Below are positions 1-13,400 of a DNA stretch of 42,842 nucleotides, in pieces. Every line of letters starts with the position of its first letter. The first letter of the stretch is position 1. The translations under genes and the position numbers were made by a program. The notes under the pieces were generated by a model that did not search any database, had not been told where the DNA came from, and was given only the letters and a program-made list of their open reading frames with translations. The stretch spans positions 1 to 42,842 of the forward strand of contig FLMG01004558.1 in the NCBI GenBank assembly GCA_900088475.1, in the 5' to 3' direction. The DNA comes from Hyphochytrium catenoides. Taxonomy: Eukaryota > Protista > Hyphochytriomycota.

Positions 1-186
1 TCTCCTTTCCGCCGATAGATCTTTCCCATTCGTAGATCTTCCCAACAGGACTGACATTGCTGATCAGGCAAACGCAGCTTGGCTGCCCAGGAGAACATTG
101 GTAAAAGAGAAAAGACAGTGAAGAGATAGAGAGGGGCAACAAAAGCTTTAGGACGAGGAAGGGACAAGAGGAGAAGGAGGCGGGAG

Positions 187-495
187 ATGGATCAGCAGGA
201 ACCTCGCCGAAGAAGCTCTGATTGCACAGACATTGGTAAGAAAGAGAAGCTGAAGATATCTAAAGTGCATCTAGCATATTCATATTCTCTCTCTTTGTGT
301 GTGTCTCTCTCTCCCTCTCTCTCTTTCTCTCCTCTCTCTCCACGCGCGCTCTGTCTCTCTGAGGCCCTTTTTTTACTGCTCTTTCTCGCTTTGTTTATCC
401 GTCTGACTTCCTATGTTTCTCAAGCGTTCGGCATGACTTGCTTCCTGCTATTCGTCTTCTTACTCTGGGTGCCTCTTCAGATTCTCTCTCTTCTT

Positions 496-533
<38 letters not shown>

Positions 534-1447
534 TTTCTCTCTCTCTCTCTCTGTCTCTCTTTGTTTAAAGTGGCTGTCTGTCCATTGTTCTCCTGCGTTA
601 CGTATTCCACCCAGAAAAGAAGCATTCTCTTTGTTTCTCACCAGTGTTTTTGCCTGTGCGCTCCTCATCTCTCTCCTCTTTCTGTCTCTCTCCACCGGTC
701 CGCCCCCCAATCCACGCAGTGCCAGTGAGGACAGCGCCTCAGGAATGGCCTAGCGAGGGAGGAACAGAATGGCTGGCGTGGTTCCTTCTCGAGCATCAAA
801 GACAGCAGCAGCTCCTTCTCCTCAATTCCTCCTCTTCCTTCTCCTCCCCTGCACAGCACATTCCTTGCGATGTCATCCCTAACATCCTTTCCTTTGTGGA
901 TGCGGAGACACTCTGCAGGGCATCCCAGGTCTGCATCTCATGGAGAGGTTAGTACCCAGGGATCAGGGAGTTAGTGGGCCTCTTTCTCTCTCTCTCTTTC
1001 TCTCTCTTTCCATGAAAGTGTCTGACTGTATTGCTGTGGCTTTCCACGTCATCCTTCTCGCCATCTATGCGGACATTGTCTCTCTTCTTCATTGCCCGTC
1101 TCTCTTTGCGCTCTCATTCTTCGCAACCTCTTTCACCCTCTGTCTGCCAGCCCCCCTCAGTCTTGACTCTCTCTCTCTCTCTCTCTCTGTCTGCAGACGT
1201 TGCCAACCAGGAAATCTACTGGCAGAGACTTTGTGAGAGGCGATGGGCAGTCTCTCTTTCTGCTCTCTCTTCCTCTTCTTCCTCCGCCTTGCCCTCCTCG
1301 CGCACTCTGTATAAGATGACACTGCAGTCCTTGAGGAAGATGCGAAGAGAGATCCTGCAGGAGCACGCGTTGGCAGCTGCGCAGCACCTTCTCAAGATCC
1401 CGCTCCATACGGCCATGCAGATCTTGCAGTCCACAGGCGCTGCCTGA
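187..1447 (+). CDS. F-box domain protein; 3 exons (187-235, 720-947, 1197-1447)
   Basis: Phase-consistent GT-AG introns join MDQQEP...DI/VPVRTAPQEW...HIPCDVIPNILSFVDAETLCRASQVCISWR/DVANQEIYWQRLCERRW, a canonical F-box motif. Short C-terminus with no recognisable substrate-binding domain. Confidence 0.85.
284..560. repeat. (CT)n microsatellite-rich intron tracts
   Basis: Long ctctct runs at about 284-340 and 481-560. Similar tracts at about 1166-1190, 2940-3040, 14495-14562, 24440-24570 and 40130-40240. Confidence 0.9.
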
Positions 1448-1810
1448 ATCCTCTCTCCTCTCTCTTCTCTTCTCTCTCCCTCTGCGCAGGTCATTGCTTT
1501 AAAGTATGGACGAGAACAGCGAGCCAACAAAGAGAAAAAGAGACGAAACTGTACACTTCTGTTGTCGCTATTAGCTAAATATACAAAGCGTAGTTAGCAT
1601 TCTTCCTCTAGAAGAGAGGCGTCTCGCCGTTGGATCCTGTACACACAATGTAAATAAAGGAGAATGCTTTGATGCTTCCATACTTTTCGGCGTATCCTCT
1701 CTTTTTCCCATTGAGAGTGACGAAGAGGCAAAGAACGGATAAAAAAGATGTCAAAGACGAGTGAGACGGCCAACCCCGGACACGAAGGCTCTCTCTTCTG
1801 GTGAATGTGA

Positions 1811-4800
1811 TCATTCTGCTTTCTGCTTGTCTCTCTTCTCCTCACGAAACAGCAGGATGTATAGTGCAGCGAGGTAGGCAGGCAAATACACCGCGCACAC
1901 CAAAGGAAAGAGCACGGAGCCCAAGAGAAAATGTGAACGCGTGAGCTCCGAGATGAAAGCTGCCATCTGTCCGCCTAAACGCAAGGAGTCAGCAATTACG
2001 CAGAGCCAGTCAGTTGAATCAAAGCGCCAGTGAGCTGATGGGTTCAGTCGAGGGAGAGAATAAGAAAGGCGAATGAGAGGAGGTGTAAATGGCTTTGGCT
2101 GCATAAAACAGAGCTCCTCACAAAGTACCACGACGGACAATGGAGTCTTAAGTATGAAAGAGACACGGCAATAGGAGTCTCTTAAGTATGAAAGGGACAG
2201 GGCAATAGGAGACATTCGGCGCTCGGCAAATCCATCAATAGCAGAGGACCATACAAAAGAGAAAGCAGCTCTAAGGAAGCACTCGGGAGACCGTCAGGAA
2301 CCAAACGACAGGCAGGAGAGAGAGGAGACATAATCAGGAGGCCTCTGCGAAGAACAAACTTATAGTGGCTTGTACCTGAGAGAGCTAATAACAACAGCGG
2401 GGGAGACATAGATATAACGTACAGAGCCGACAAAGCTCTCCTTCCCCTACACAGTTCCGGTCAGAGCCAAGGAAGAGAGAGCATCTAGCAAGCGCAGCTG
2501 GTGGACCGACTTACCAATAGAAGGAGGGGCATGAGACTGGAACAAGAAGGGACACTGGAGTGCAGAGTATGGCGCTCCACAGGGCCAGAGGGAAATTCAG
2601 TACTCCTAAGATTGCGTGCGCGTAGCTAACAACAGAACGGTATCCCATAATGTCAGTAAGCTACCAAGTAACGCACATCTTATTGGGAAGCACTGACCTG
2701 ATCAGTAGGAGCTGCCCGACCTTCACCGCCCTCCAGCCAGGGTCGCTCTCATATGTTGGCGCGGTGGAGAAAAGAGGCTTTAGTTCTATTCCTAACTGTA
2801 GAGGAAGAGGGGGACTTAGTGTTGTTAGTGCTGAACTCCCTCTGCTGAAAAGACTCCCCTGCACGTTGAGTAAAAGTGTTAACCCCTCCCCGCTGTCCGA
2901 CAGCTCTTCTTAAGTGTTAGGGAACCCTTCCTTTCCCAACCTCTCTTTTTCACTCTCTCTCTCTGACACAACCCCTCTCTCTCTCTCTCTCTCTCTCTTA
3001 CTCCTTTCTCTCTCCTTCGCTTGCAGGTTCTCTCTCCCTCTAACACTTGATCTCGGTTTATAAGCCTTACGACGGCTAAAAATTGAAATACATACCTTCT
3101 TAGCTTTTTCTATCTCTTTTTGTTCCTTTTCTAGCGCTGAAGTACTAATGAACGCCGCCTCTGTCTCTGCACCGCGTAGTCCTGGAAGTCTTTGCAAGAG
3201 CGAGAGGACCCGAAGACAAAATAAGGACAAGACGGAAGATCCTCCAAGCCAGATGAAAGGGGTGCTTCCTGCCGATCTCTCTAGCCCAATAAGAAGCTCC
3301 AGCTCTGTCCGATAGTGATGGAGCGAGCTGCCAAATGAAGAAGATAAGGGAGTCGTAGCCGGCAGTAGTCGTAACCGATCAAGGACAGGGCGCGGAGCGG
3401 TGAGAAAACGTGTCACACATGTGATAAGAGTGCGCGAGGAGCTCTGACAGCTACGTGAAAACGCTAACCTTGCCAACTGGTAACATAAGAAGCCTGTGAC
3501 AGTAAACGCCATAAACGCCAGCATTCCGAACGCCGTCCTAAAGCCACACTGAGCGAGAAACGAAAAAAAGAGATGCAGGCGCCCATTAGGTGCTCGGGCT
3601 GAAATAAACAGCGATGAGCGACTGCGAATCCAAGAAGAAAAGCTTACCGTGGACACCGATAGTCGAAGGAGCGCAAAGAAGCTCGGCGAGAGGATGAGGG
3701 CTAAAGAGTAGTAGTACTCCCCAATAGACACGAACGTCCGCGCGCTTGGCAGAAGGTAGAACCAGAACGACTACAGGAGGAGCCAGAGGTTAGTCAATGG
3801 CAGGGCTTACAGCGACAGAATGCAGGCTAAGGAAACGAAAGCGTCCATTGCGCTTTGGAGGGTCGAGGGGGCAACAGGGTGGATGACACAAAGGAACTAC
3901 GCGCGACTATGAGCACCTGATGGAGCTTTTCTTCTGTGTTGCTGATGGCTCTAACTGCCATTTCTAAGGTGCGAAGTATGCTCTTCCGCGGCTTCTTCGG
4001 CTGATTGGTGTCCAGCGCGGTTAACGAAAGAGCGTCGATATTATAGCTGCAGACCGGTGACATAAAGGATGACAGTGACCAAAGGGCGATGACGACACAC
4101 AAAGAATGAGTCGATAGGCTGACTAGCAAACAGTAGACAATACGTCTTGCCTGATGAAATGGGCGTGTGATCCAGACGGTCCTGACGCCAAAGTCTTCAT
4201 GAAGCGGAAGAGCTGGAACAAATGTTGCAGGTAGTTCTAGGTGATAAGGGACAGGATGAAGGCAGAGGAGCCGTCAAGAGAGAAGCAAATACAAGTCCGT
4301 TGACAAGGTGAGAGGGAGGCGGGAATTGCGTACGGAACAGATCAGCCAGATTAACCGGATGAAAAGCACAAATCAAAGAGAGAGAGAGGAGAAAAGAGCA
4401 AGAAACTTTTGTTCCCAGAAGTCAGAAGCAACAAGATATCCAGACCCTGAACAAGATCCCTAATAAAGTAAGGGAGGCTTCTTACGTCGATGGCGCGTTG
4501 CATTGAAGAAGGGACTATCGGGAGGATGGACTTGAAGGCAAAAGACTCCATGGACTGCAGGAAGTCCTGGCAGAGGCCCCGTCCCACTGGACAGCTAGCC
4601 CCAAGAAGCAGAAGTGGCTTGAGATAATACACTTGACCGTTATGCATTCAAAAGGGTTGAGGGCAACGAGCAAATGCTAAAAGTCAGGAGGCAGGATGCA
4701 CGAGCAACGAGAAGCCCCAGAAGTTGGCTGTATAGTCAGCAAAGCCAAATGAGAAACGGTAACCTCAGTGGAGCGAGGAAGGTCTTGCAAAAAAGTTCAA

Positions 4801-7255
4801 GACCGTGACGAAAACAGCCGGATTTTAGGCATCGCGAGAGAGACGTACCGGTCCACAACCACAGGAACTCCTGCCCCTTCGTTATATTGGATGGCAGTAT
4901 GGAATGTGTTGAGGAGGTCTAAGTTGGGCAGTTGTCCGTTCAGACCGGCACCCAAGAGAGCCAGGGAGTCAAATTTTTTGCCTATTAAAGGAGATAAAAC
5001 ATCAGATAGTCTAGCAGTACCATGCAGAGTGATGAGGTTGACCGACGATCAGTGGGTGATGCGGAGAGACAAAGGGCGGTTCACAATAAGGATCAGACAG
5101 CGCCAAGATTATAAAGAGTGAAGCTCACCTAGAAGAGATGGGCAATTGGTAGATCAACAGCAAGAATAAAAAAAAAGAGTGAAGGAGCAACGGCTCGGAC
5201 GCTGAACAAAAGTAAGTCTAGCAAGATGTAGTTTACCGGAGACATCGACCACTACGGCAGCTCTGATCACCCCCGCGTGAGCAAAGATTATATCACCGCC
5301 TTCTGTTATGGGGTCAGCGTGATATTGTCGCAACCACAGCTTCAAAGGGAGGAAAGAGAGGCATTAGAGACAGCCACGTTGCTGAACGAGTAAGAGTGGA
5401 ACAAGGTGGACGATAAGGAACAACCTCGTGAAACGATGAAGACAAAAGAGAGAAGGTTATCCGGGGGACCCTGTCGCTGTCCCAGGGAGCGGCGCCGCAA
5501 AGTTTTGAAAAGAAGTACACCTTACCTGTGTGCCTGGCGCATGGCCGTCCCTGCCATCTTTATCGCCATCTAGAGCGCCACGCAGGGAAAATATTAGGTC
5601 CACATTATACACAACAAGCTTCCATTTCCTTACGACTTTCAATAACTTTCCCTCCCTAACCGTACGGACCGACATCCCGCGTGCCGTCTCTCTCTCAGTC
5701 CGATCCTTGTCTATAGTATCTCACCATCAGCCAAAAGTAAGATCACGTCTTTGGACAGCCAGGTGACTGTCTGCAGGTGCTTCATGAGAAACATCAAGAT
5801 GGCCATTCCGGAGGTTTCTGAACCATATCGGGATGGCAAATAGAGTAGAGCACAAAGATATATTGAGTGGTGACATTTCCCTTCCCGCTGAAAGAGCTGC
5901 AAGCTGAAATTCCTGACCTTTGCTCGGACCTCCAGCAGGTAGATTGCGATAGTGAGCCACCAGCGCTATGGATTCCTACTCCCAAGCAGTATAGCGAGCA
6001 CCGCATTAGAATGGCGGGAAGATCAACGACAGCCAATGTACTGACTTCGTACGCGACTTGCCAACGGCAGGAAGAAGAGATTAAGAATCTGCTACATGAC
6101 CGTAGAAAGAGAGCGAAGGAGAAAAAAAAGAGAAGAGGGCTTTCTACCTTCCCATCTGCCGCGGGGTGAGCGCGTAACAAAGCGTAGACATTCTCTCGCT
6201 TCACTCCGTCAGCGTCCGTGAAATTCTGTCTATAGGCCTCTAGACCCATGCTTTGGAGCTTCTGCTGCAGCCACTGGGCCGAGGATGCACAGCGGTCTTG
6301 ACAACCATTTACAGAGAGGTGTGGCAGCGAGGAATACTCCGCTTGGATCCTCTGCACTTCCGACATCTGATAAGAGAGACAGTGCGATGAACGTCAAGGG
6401 AAAGTCGAGAGTAAGAAGGGTGCAAATCCACATGACGCGTACTGACCGCGGGCTTTCCTAATGAGGATCTCAACATATCCGTGAGTAGCGCATTCTCCGA
6501 TATGTAGGTCCCGCGGCACTTGAGCTCGCCAGTGGTGACAGTCACAGCAGGGAAGAGAAGGACCCACACCAGCCCCACAACCAGCAGAAAGACGCTGTAG
6601 AAACGAAAGGCAAAGAAGCAGAACGGATCAGGTAAGGTCAGATCTCTGAGTTCTTCTCTATATAGTCGATTAGCGATGGCATCGTAGAAAAAGCGAAAGA
6701 CGATAGACGAAAGAGAAAGACAATAGAGAAAGACGATACAGTACTGCAAAGAGAGGTCAGGAGGAGTGCAAGAGTTGACAGAAGGCCAAGGGCTGAGAGG
6801 TGTACATCGAGAGGAGGAGGGAGAGAAATGGAAAGCGAGATAAGAGAAGAGACATGAAGACAGAGAAGGCGTGCGCAGACAGACAGTGACAAAGTAAAGA
6901 GTAAGAGGCTCGCCAGGTAAGAGGCGGGAAGGAGAAGCAAAGTGGGAGAGGAGAGGAGAGAGCTGCGGAAAGGGAAATGCGTCCGATCAAGTCAAGGGGA
7001 GGAGGAGAGAGAGGAGAGAGAGAAAAAGACAAAGAACCAACGAATGTAGCCTGGCAGTGTCAGAACAATCGACGGAGGATGAGCACCAATGGCCAGAGTA
7101 GAGATGCCTCGTGGTGACCTGAATGGAGCATTCCACTTCCAAATGAACTGAAGCACCTTTTGCCTGCGCTCAAAGCGCTTGGTAGAGGCTTTGAAGAGCT
7201 CATCACCACAGGCAAGCTTGGCTTGAGATAACTCTTCTGCTGCCGCATCTCCCAT
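1811..7255 (-). CDS. GAA1: GPI transamidase component GAA1/GPAA1, multi-exon
   Basis: Exon fragments carry GAA1 hallmarks: N-terminal TM then 'RGTYISENALL', 'NVYALLRAHPAADGKESIALV', 'WLSKDVILL', 'GLNGQLPNLDLLN', 'HAHFISYNIDALSL', 'RAISNTEEKLHQSFWFYLL...FVSIGEY', several C-terminal TMs, ending ...ILLFREEKRDKQKAE*. Some internal exon edges are unresolved. Confidence 0.92.
2142..2213. repeat. Tandem duplication of about 33 bp near the 3' end of GAA1
   Basis: ggagtcttaagtatgaaagagacacggcaata followed by ggagtctcttaagtatgaaagggacagggcaata, then ggagac. Confidence 0.8.
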
Positions 7256-7886
7256 CTTACTATTGAAGGCACTCTCCAGTCCCCGCCCTGTACTAATGTC
7301 AGAACCTAAATCGTGACAGAACCCAAGCCGAGGATCTCCTGCCCTTCCAACCTAACCAGATAGTCGGCCCGCCCGTAACACTCTTCGTGCAGAAGCAGAA
7401 GAAAGATCAGGAGAGTCAACAGGAGATCAAGGGACGGAGAACGGCTGCGTGCAAAGCTTTATATACCGGAGCTTTTGACCCTGGATAGAGCTTCGGAGCC
7501 GCAATAATCTCTGGATCTGTAAAGCATCAGAAGCCAGATCCAAGAGGCAAGTTGCCTTCTCTGCAGGGTTATTATTATAGTACTAGTCTAAGTTTATACT
7601 CGAATAAATAGAATCATACAGTACTCTATCAGGAATAGTCGAGGGCTTGACGATCTGAAGAGTTACTTAGGAAGCGCAGCACAACCGTGTTGTCCCTTGG
7701 CCCCCACAAGCTCGGTGATGGTCCACTTTTCTCTTGGCTTACTCTCTCTCTCTCTCGCTCGTCAGTCGTCAGTCCACTCCCTGTCTGGCTGCGCGCCTCT
7801 CCACTATCGAGGTAACCCTGGTACGGGATGGCTGATCTTCCTTGCGCGATGTGGCTCTGATGGCAGGAGAGATGAGATCGTATCCT

Positions 7887-8891
7887 CTACTGTCGGATAG
7901 GGACAATGGGCCATAGGGTTGCTGGCTGCTGTTCCTTGTATTTTCTCTCTAATGCTACTTCTAATTCTCCAATAGCTGTCGCTCGATCTCCGTACAGCGC
8001 CTGAAGCTGACGCTTTCTCGCGGTAAGGGCGGGCTCATTGCCGACCTTGCCTGTCCCTGCGAACAGCCAGATTCAGATAGAAGAACAGAGGAGCGCGACC
8101 TACGGTACAATCACCTGTTGATAGATCAGCAGCACCAATTTCTATTGCATTGGCTCCGTTTGTTGAAGTTTGACTCATAACTCCTCCCATTGTGTCCTTT
8201 GACTTGAGCTTAGCTGTCCTTCTTTCTGCAAAAAGTGGCAGGTCAGGACATATTATATTTAGCCTTGACCACCATCAGAGATTAAGGACAGCGTACTGGT
8301 ATCGACTCAGATGAGAACAGAGACTTCATAAAGCAACAATGGTTCAAGACAAGCCAGCGAAGCCCGTGTCCAACCTTTTTGCGCTTTTTTACGTTCCCTG
8401 CGTAACTTCGCTTGTCGCCTCTTAACAGTCTCCAACAGCTTTGCTGCCCACTCATCAGTTAATTCAAAGCCCAGTTCATACTCAGCCTCCGGCTCCTTAT
8501 TCTTATCAATCGCCAACCATTCCTACGCACGGGCAATGGTGACATGGAATAGGACGACGATGATTAGAAAGATCGCGAGGGCAGTATTAGTGAGAGAGGG
8601 GGTAGAGGGGCCTCTCAGGCATGAGGGTCTATAACTTGCCTGATCTTCAGCCTCAATTGCTCCTACTTCTTCTTCTTCGTCTTCGAGATTCTCAGGTATT
8701 TGCGTTTGGGCCTGTTCACATGAGGGGTCCACTTGACTCCAGGGCGAGGATGGAGCGCAGGGGCTGTAGAACGCAGGACAGGGCCGTTGACTCGAAGAAG
8801 TGGGAAAGAGCCAGACGTGCTGATAGTGCGGGTTATTGACCAACGATGGGTCCGACCAGCGACCAGGAAACGGATAAGGTGGCCGAATCAT
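7887..8891 (-). CDS. GEMIN8: Gemin8-like protein (SMN complex); 4 exons (8640-8891, 8375-8522, 8115-8225, 7887-8056)
   Basis: Spliced product: MIRPPYPFPGRW...NPHYQHVW...acidic tract...GFELTDEWAAKLLETVKRRQAKLRRER...RKRQLQALYGDRATAIGELEVALERKYKEQQPATLWPIVPIRQ*. The C-terminus matches the Gemin8 signature (R..M..LYG..A..I..ME......F......P..WP.IPL). All three introns are phase-consistent; the first is GC-AG. Start codon is less certain. Confidence 0.8.
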
Positions 8892-10477
8892 CGCCAACCC
8901 TTCGGTTCCTTCCGCAAGAACTTTGAGGTCGCCAATAAGTCCTTCTGCTTCTCTTTCACCGAAGGGACAACAAATGGAAGGTATCAAGGCTTTCGTATGT
9001 GCGGGAAGAGAGGACAAGTTCGGCAAGCTCTTCTCCTGCAGCAGTGCCTCATCACAGCGCCCAGCTCGCCTCTTAAAGGCTTGGCAAACTCTCTGAAGAT
9101 GGTGATCTCTGACACGGCTCTGCTGAAGTCTGACTCGGAACCTCGGAAGTCTGCTATCGGATTTCTTCAGGCCTGATGCTGGTAGCTGAGCATTACTCAA
9201 CCGATCCGGCTGCAGTTACTACAGGGAGCACAGTGTGATTAACCATAGGTAGGATGGGTAGATTTTGTTTGGGTGATTACTACGGCGGTAAGGGTGTCCT
9301 TATATCGGACTTAATCTGATAGTCTGAGTAGAGAAAGAAGGTGATGGCTTTTTTGGAAGCCGCTATTCGGCTTTGAGATTTGTACCTTAGGCTTTGGGCC
9401 TGGCTCGGGTTCTTGGGGTTTCCCATCTGCTCATAACACATAGAACCAGAAGGTATTCCGCGTCCAAGCTAAATTTAGCCCTTCTTCATAGCAAGCTTAG
9501 CTTCTAATTAAATTCCCCCTTTTCTGACAGGAACCTATATTCTGTCCATTTCTAACCTGAGGGTGCGCCGCCCGAGCACCTATAACGGCCACAAAAGGGT
9601 TGTCTGTTTCCAACCCTAAGAATAGCCGCCCATGTCTGAGTCTCACCCCCTCTGAATTTTGCTTCAGCCAGCGGCGCACAAGAGCGCGAGGCAGACAGAG
9701 GATAAAGGCAGATACAAAAAGATACAAACGCACCCGAGACAGATAGCACCAATAATCACACGACACCTAGGTTACGGGAAAAAGAGAGATACGATGCGTG
9801 AGAGGAAGAGTTTGAATGCGAGTGCAAAGAGATAGAGAGCGAGGAGAAGTGAGGGAAGGCCCCAGGAATATTGTAGGAAACACAGGAGAATCCAAACTTA
9901 GTGATAAAATAAATGAAGAAAGCGCAGGGAAACGGGTCCGACAGAGGTTTTGGCTGGGTCTCACAAGGGGCGAGGGAAGACACGCAGCAGGGCAAACAGA
10001 CAGAGAGCTCAACATCGCGAGGTGGACTCATCACTGTCTGAGAGCTCTATTGAAGCTGCACCAGGCGGACAGTGGAGATTTCTATCGTCCGTTGAAGATT
10101 TTGACTTCAAAGGTGGCATTGGGATCTCGGTTCTGCTGCCATAGTATTTGTCTCTTGGGGCCTGTCATCTACTACTAGGCTTAGGAAAAATCTGACGGGC
10201 ACATCCTGGCGTGATTGACGATTGACAGGTACAGGGCGCCACTATCCTTTCTTTCTGGCGGCAATACTATGCTCTTTGAGTGGGAAGCATTACTCAGTGC
10301 ATGGGAGTCAACCGAGAACAGCCTCTTACTACGATCTTCTCACTCTTTTAGGAAACGATACGGCGACTGTGACCGCAAAGACTGCCGTCAATGCCGTTCA
10401 AGCGGGCTTAAACCTTTATTCCATCATCCAACCTTTTCATCTGATCTTGCGGCCAGTACGAGCAGCGGGTGGCAGCA

Positions 10478-13400
10478 ATGGAGGGGCAAAAGGTGCGTTT
10501 TACGCGATGTGGAGCTCTCCTGCCCCTGGCTACGCCTGGATTTGCTCTAACTTTACTTTGCCAGAGGCTTCCCTATCTTTGCCGGCGCTTCCCCTAACTT
10601 GAAAACTTACCTCTGTCTATCCTCATATACTTCCTCTCATTGGGCACCGTCTTTTCTCTAGGTTTACGTTCCGGACAAGGAGCACATCTGGCTCCCAGCC
10701 GTGGTGGTTAGCTTTTCCGGCTCCAACGTCGAGGTGAAAATAGCGGACGATGGGGATGTGAAGTCCTTAGGGGAGCTGGTAGGGACCGTCAGGGAGGTTG
10801 ACCTGACGGACAAGGAGGTGGTGCAGATGATTGCCAGTCACACAGTGAGCACCGGGAGCAATGCGAAGAATTTGCCGCTTCAGAATGAGATGCGCAAAGA
10901 GACTGGCATTGATGATATGATCGATATGAATCACCTGCACGAGGCGGCTATCCTGTACAACCTTAGAAGAAGGTTCTTCAAGGGCCTGCCATGTTAGTCC
11001 ACCTCCTAGCGTGCACTCTTCTGTCCTTCGGTCGCGCTGCTGGCCCGGCTGTTGTTATTACAGCCACCTTATTTCTAGCTTGTCCGCCACTCTCTCCTGC
11101 TTGCAATCTTAACCTGGAGACCCTTCTGCTCTGGAGGCTCATCATGTAGTTGGCACGATGGATAGTACAACTTAGCGCCCCGCCCCCTTTATCCCCGGTT
11201 CTATGCCTTACCATTTTCACTTCATATCTCTTCTTTCAATGCTCTTACCTTTCCGCCGCTCTCGTCTATAGACACCTACACCGGAAAGATTTGCATAGCG
11301 GTGAACCCTTACCAGTGGCTGGATCTGTATAGCAAGGACCTAATGCACACCTATAACAATGCGGATCGGGACGGGCTCACGCCTCACGTGTACAGCACCT
11401 CTTCGGACGCTTTCTATGATATGTTTAACCACTCCACCAACCAGTCCATTCTAGTCAGTGGAGAGTCCGGAGCAGGAAAGACCGAGACGACGAAGATTAT
11501 GATGGTGAGCGAGCTGCATTGGCCTTCGCTCTAAACCCTTCGGGCTCTAAGCCGCTTGAGATGTTGCTGCCATTGGGTTTCTTCCCGTATGAGTCTTCAT
11601 TATGCGCCTTAGCAAACCGTTCTGATCTTCGGCTCTATGTAGCTTGAAGCCCTCGGCTCTAGTTTGAGGCTTGTTTATCCAATAGACTTTCTCCTTTTCT
11701 GCCGTTCTGTTCACCTACAGGCGCACTTGGCCCACCTGTCTCGCGGACATGACGCTGAGAATCAGCGCGTCATCCAGCAAGTCATTGAGGCAAATCCTCT
11801 CCTAGAATCCTTCGGTAATGCGAAGACAATCAGGAATGACAACAGTAGTCGATTTGGCAAGTTCACAGAGCTCCAATTCAATATCGAGGTAAGGGCGATG
11901 GACCTTGCAAGCCGATTGACCTGAAACCGCTTGCCTTTCCTTCTTCTCGTTCTTAATCCCTCATTTTCCTTGTTGCTGATATATCTACCGCTTTCAGAGA
12001 AGGCGTCTGATCCTCTGCTCTTATCTCTACTTCGTTTCTATGATCAGGGAGTGCTTGTTGGTGCCAAGTCCAGGACGTACTTGCTAGAAAAGAGTCGTGT
12101 GATCTATCAGGCGCCTGGGGAGAGAAACTTCCACTTCTTCTACCAGCTCCTTGCCGTGGCGGGAGACTATCCACAGTTGCAGCTGAGAGACACGACTTAC
12201 AAGCTTGTGCGAGAGGATCCCACAATTACCAAGCAGAGGTCAGAAGATTACTGCCGGAACAAGCTCCTCCTTTTGCTCTTCCGCGCTATATGTTGCCATG
12301 AGAAGCGTCTCGCCTTATACGGCCACCTTGCTCCCTTACCTGCGATTAGCCGTCTTCATACGCCTTACATCCCGTTTGTGTCTCCAGTTCTGTCAATAAG
12401 TTCAAGAAGACTTGGTCAGCTCTAGATATTGTGGGAATCTCCTCCGCAGACCGCGAGGAGATGCTGAAGGTGGTGGCTTCCGTCCTTCATGTGGGAGAGA
12501 TTGAGGTGGCCGCAAAGAATGGAGATGTGGACAGCAGCACCGTGGTCAGCACTGACCTCTTGAAGACCGTTGGAGGTAAGACTTTGATGCAGCTGCACAA
12601 TCGTCATGGCCGTTGCTGGGCGTAGCTTGCGGTGTCCACAAGAAGGGCTGGTGACGAATAACTAGGTTCACCTGCTAGAGATGAGGGGTGAAATTCCTGC
12701 GGTTGGAAGAGGCCTAAAGGTTAGTCACGAGATGTGACGGTCGTATGTCTGACTACTTCCTGGCGGTGCAGAACTTCTGGGCTGTGACGCAGCCAGCCTT
12801 GAGAACGTCATTTGCAATCGCACTGTCGTTGTAGGGAGAGAGAAGATCAAGAAACCGATGACCGCGACGCAGGTATATGTTTTCCTTATCTCATTACAAT
12901 GTTCCCGCTGCGGCCTACCTGTTATTGTTCCCTTGCAGTGACCTCTCGTTAGGTCTTGTTCCCTTCTCCCGCTAACCGTCTGTTGATATTTGGAAGTATC
13001 CCTATCGTCCTACTTTTAGACACCCTCTTCGGCATTACATCTCCCAATTCTAAGGACCTCTTCCCTCTTTTTCCTCTCGCTCCCCTTCCCTTCCCGCATC
13101 ATTGTTCACTTCCTTCTTATAAAGGCGGCGGATACGCGTGATGCCTTGGCAAAGGCTTTGTACGCCAAACTCTTTGACTGGCTAGTAAGCAAAGTTAACG
13201 ACCTAATCAGTGCAAAGAGAGGGGCAAAGCAGCACGTAGGCATCTTGGATATCTTTGGCTTCGAGCATTTTGAGCAGAATTCCTTCGAGCAGTTCTGTAT
13301 CAACTATGCAAATGAAAAGCTGCAGCAAAAGGTAAGCGCGGTTCGAGAGGGAGAGCAAGTGAAGGCTCTGCAGTATCATCGCGGGCTGGACGTGGCGCGT

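Noticed and set aside
187-753. 188-aa hydrophobic 'SLSLSL' ORF and similar ERERER ORFs (also 2910-3731, 14279-14725, 24426-24689)
   Set aside because: Read-through of CT/GA microsatellite introns; only parts are real exons.
7509-7546. Hairpin ctctggatctg...cagatccaagag as a possible ncRNA
   Set aside because: Short imperfect stem with no snoRNA, tRNA or snRNA signatures.
8733-9176. 147-aa plus-strand ORF
   Set aside because: No recognisable motifs and partly antisense to the Gemin8-like exon 1.
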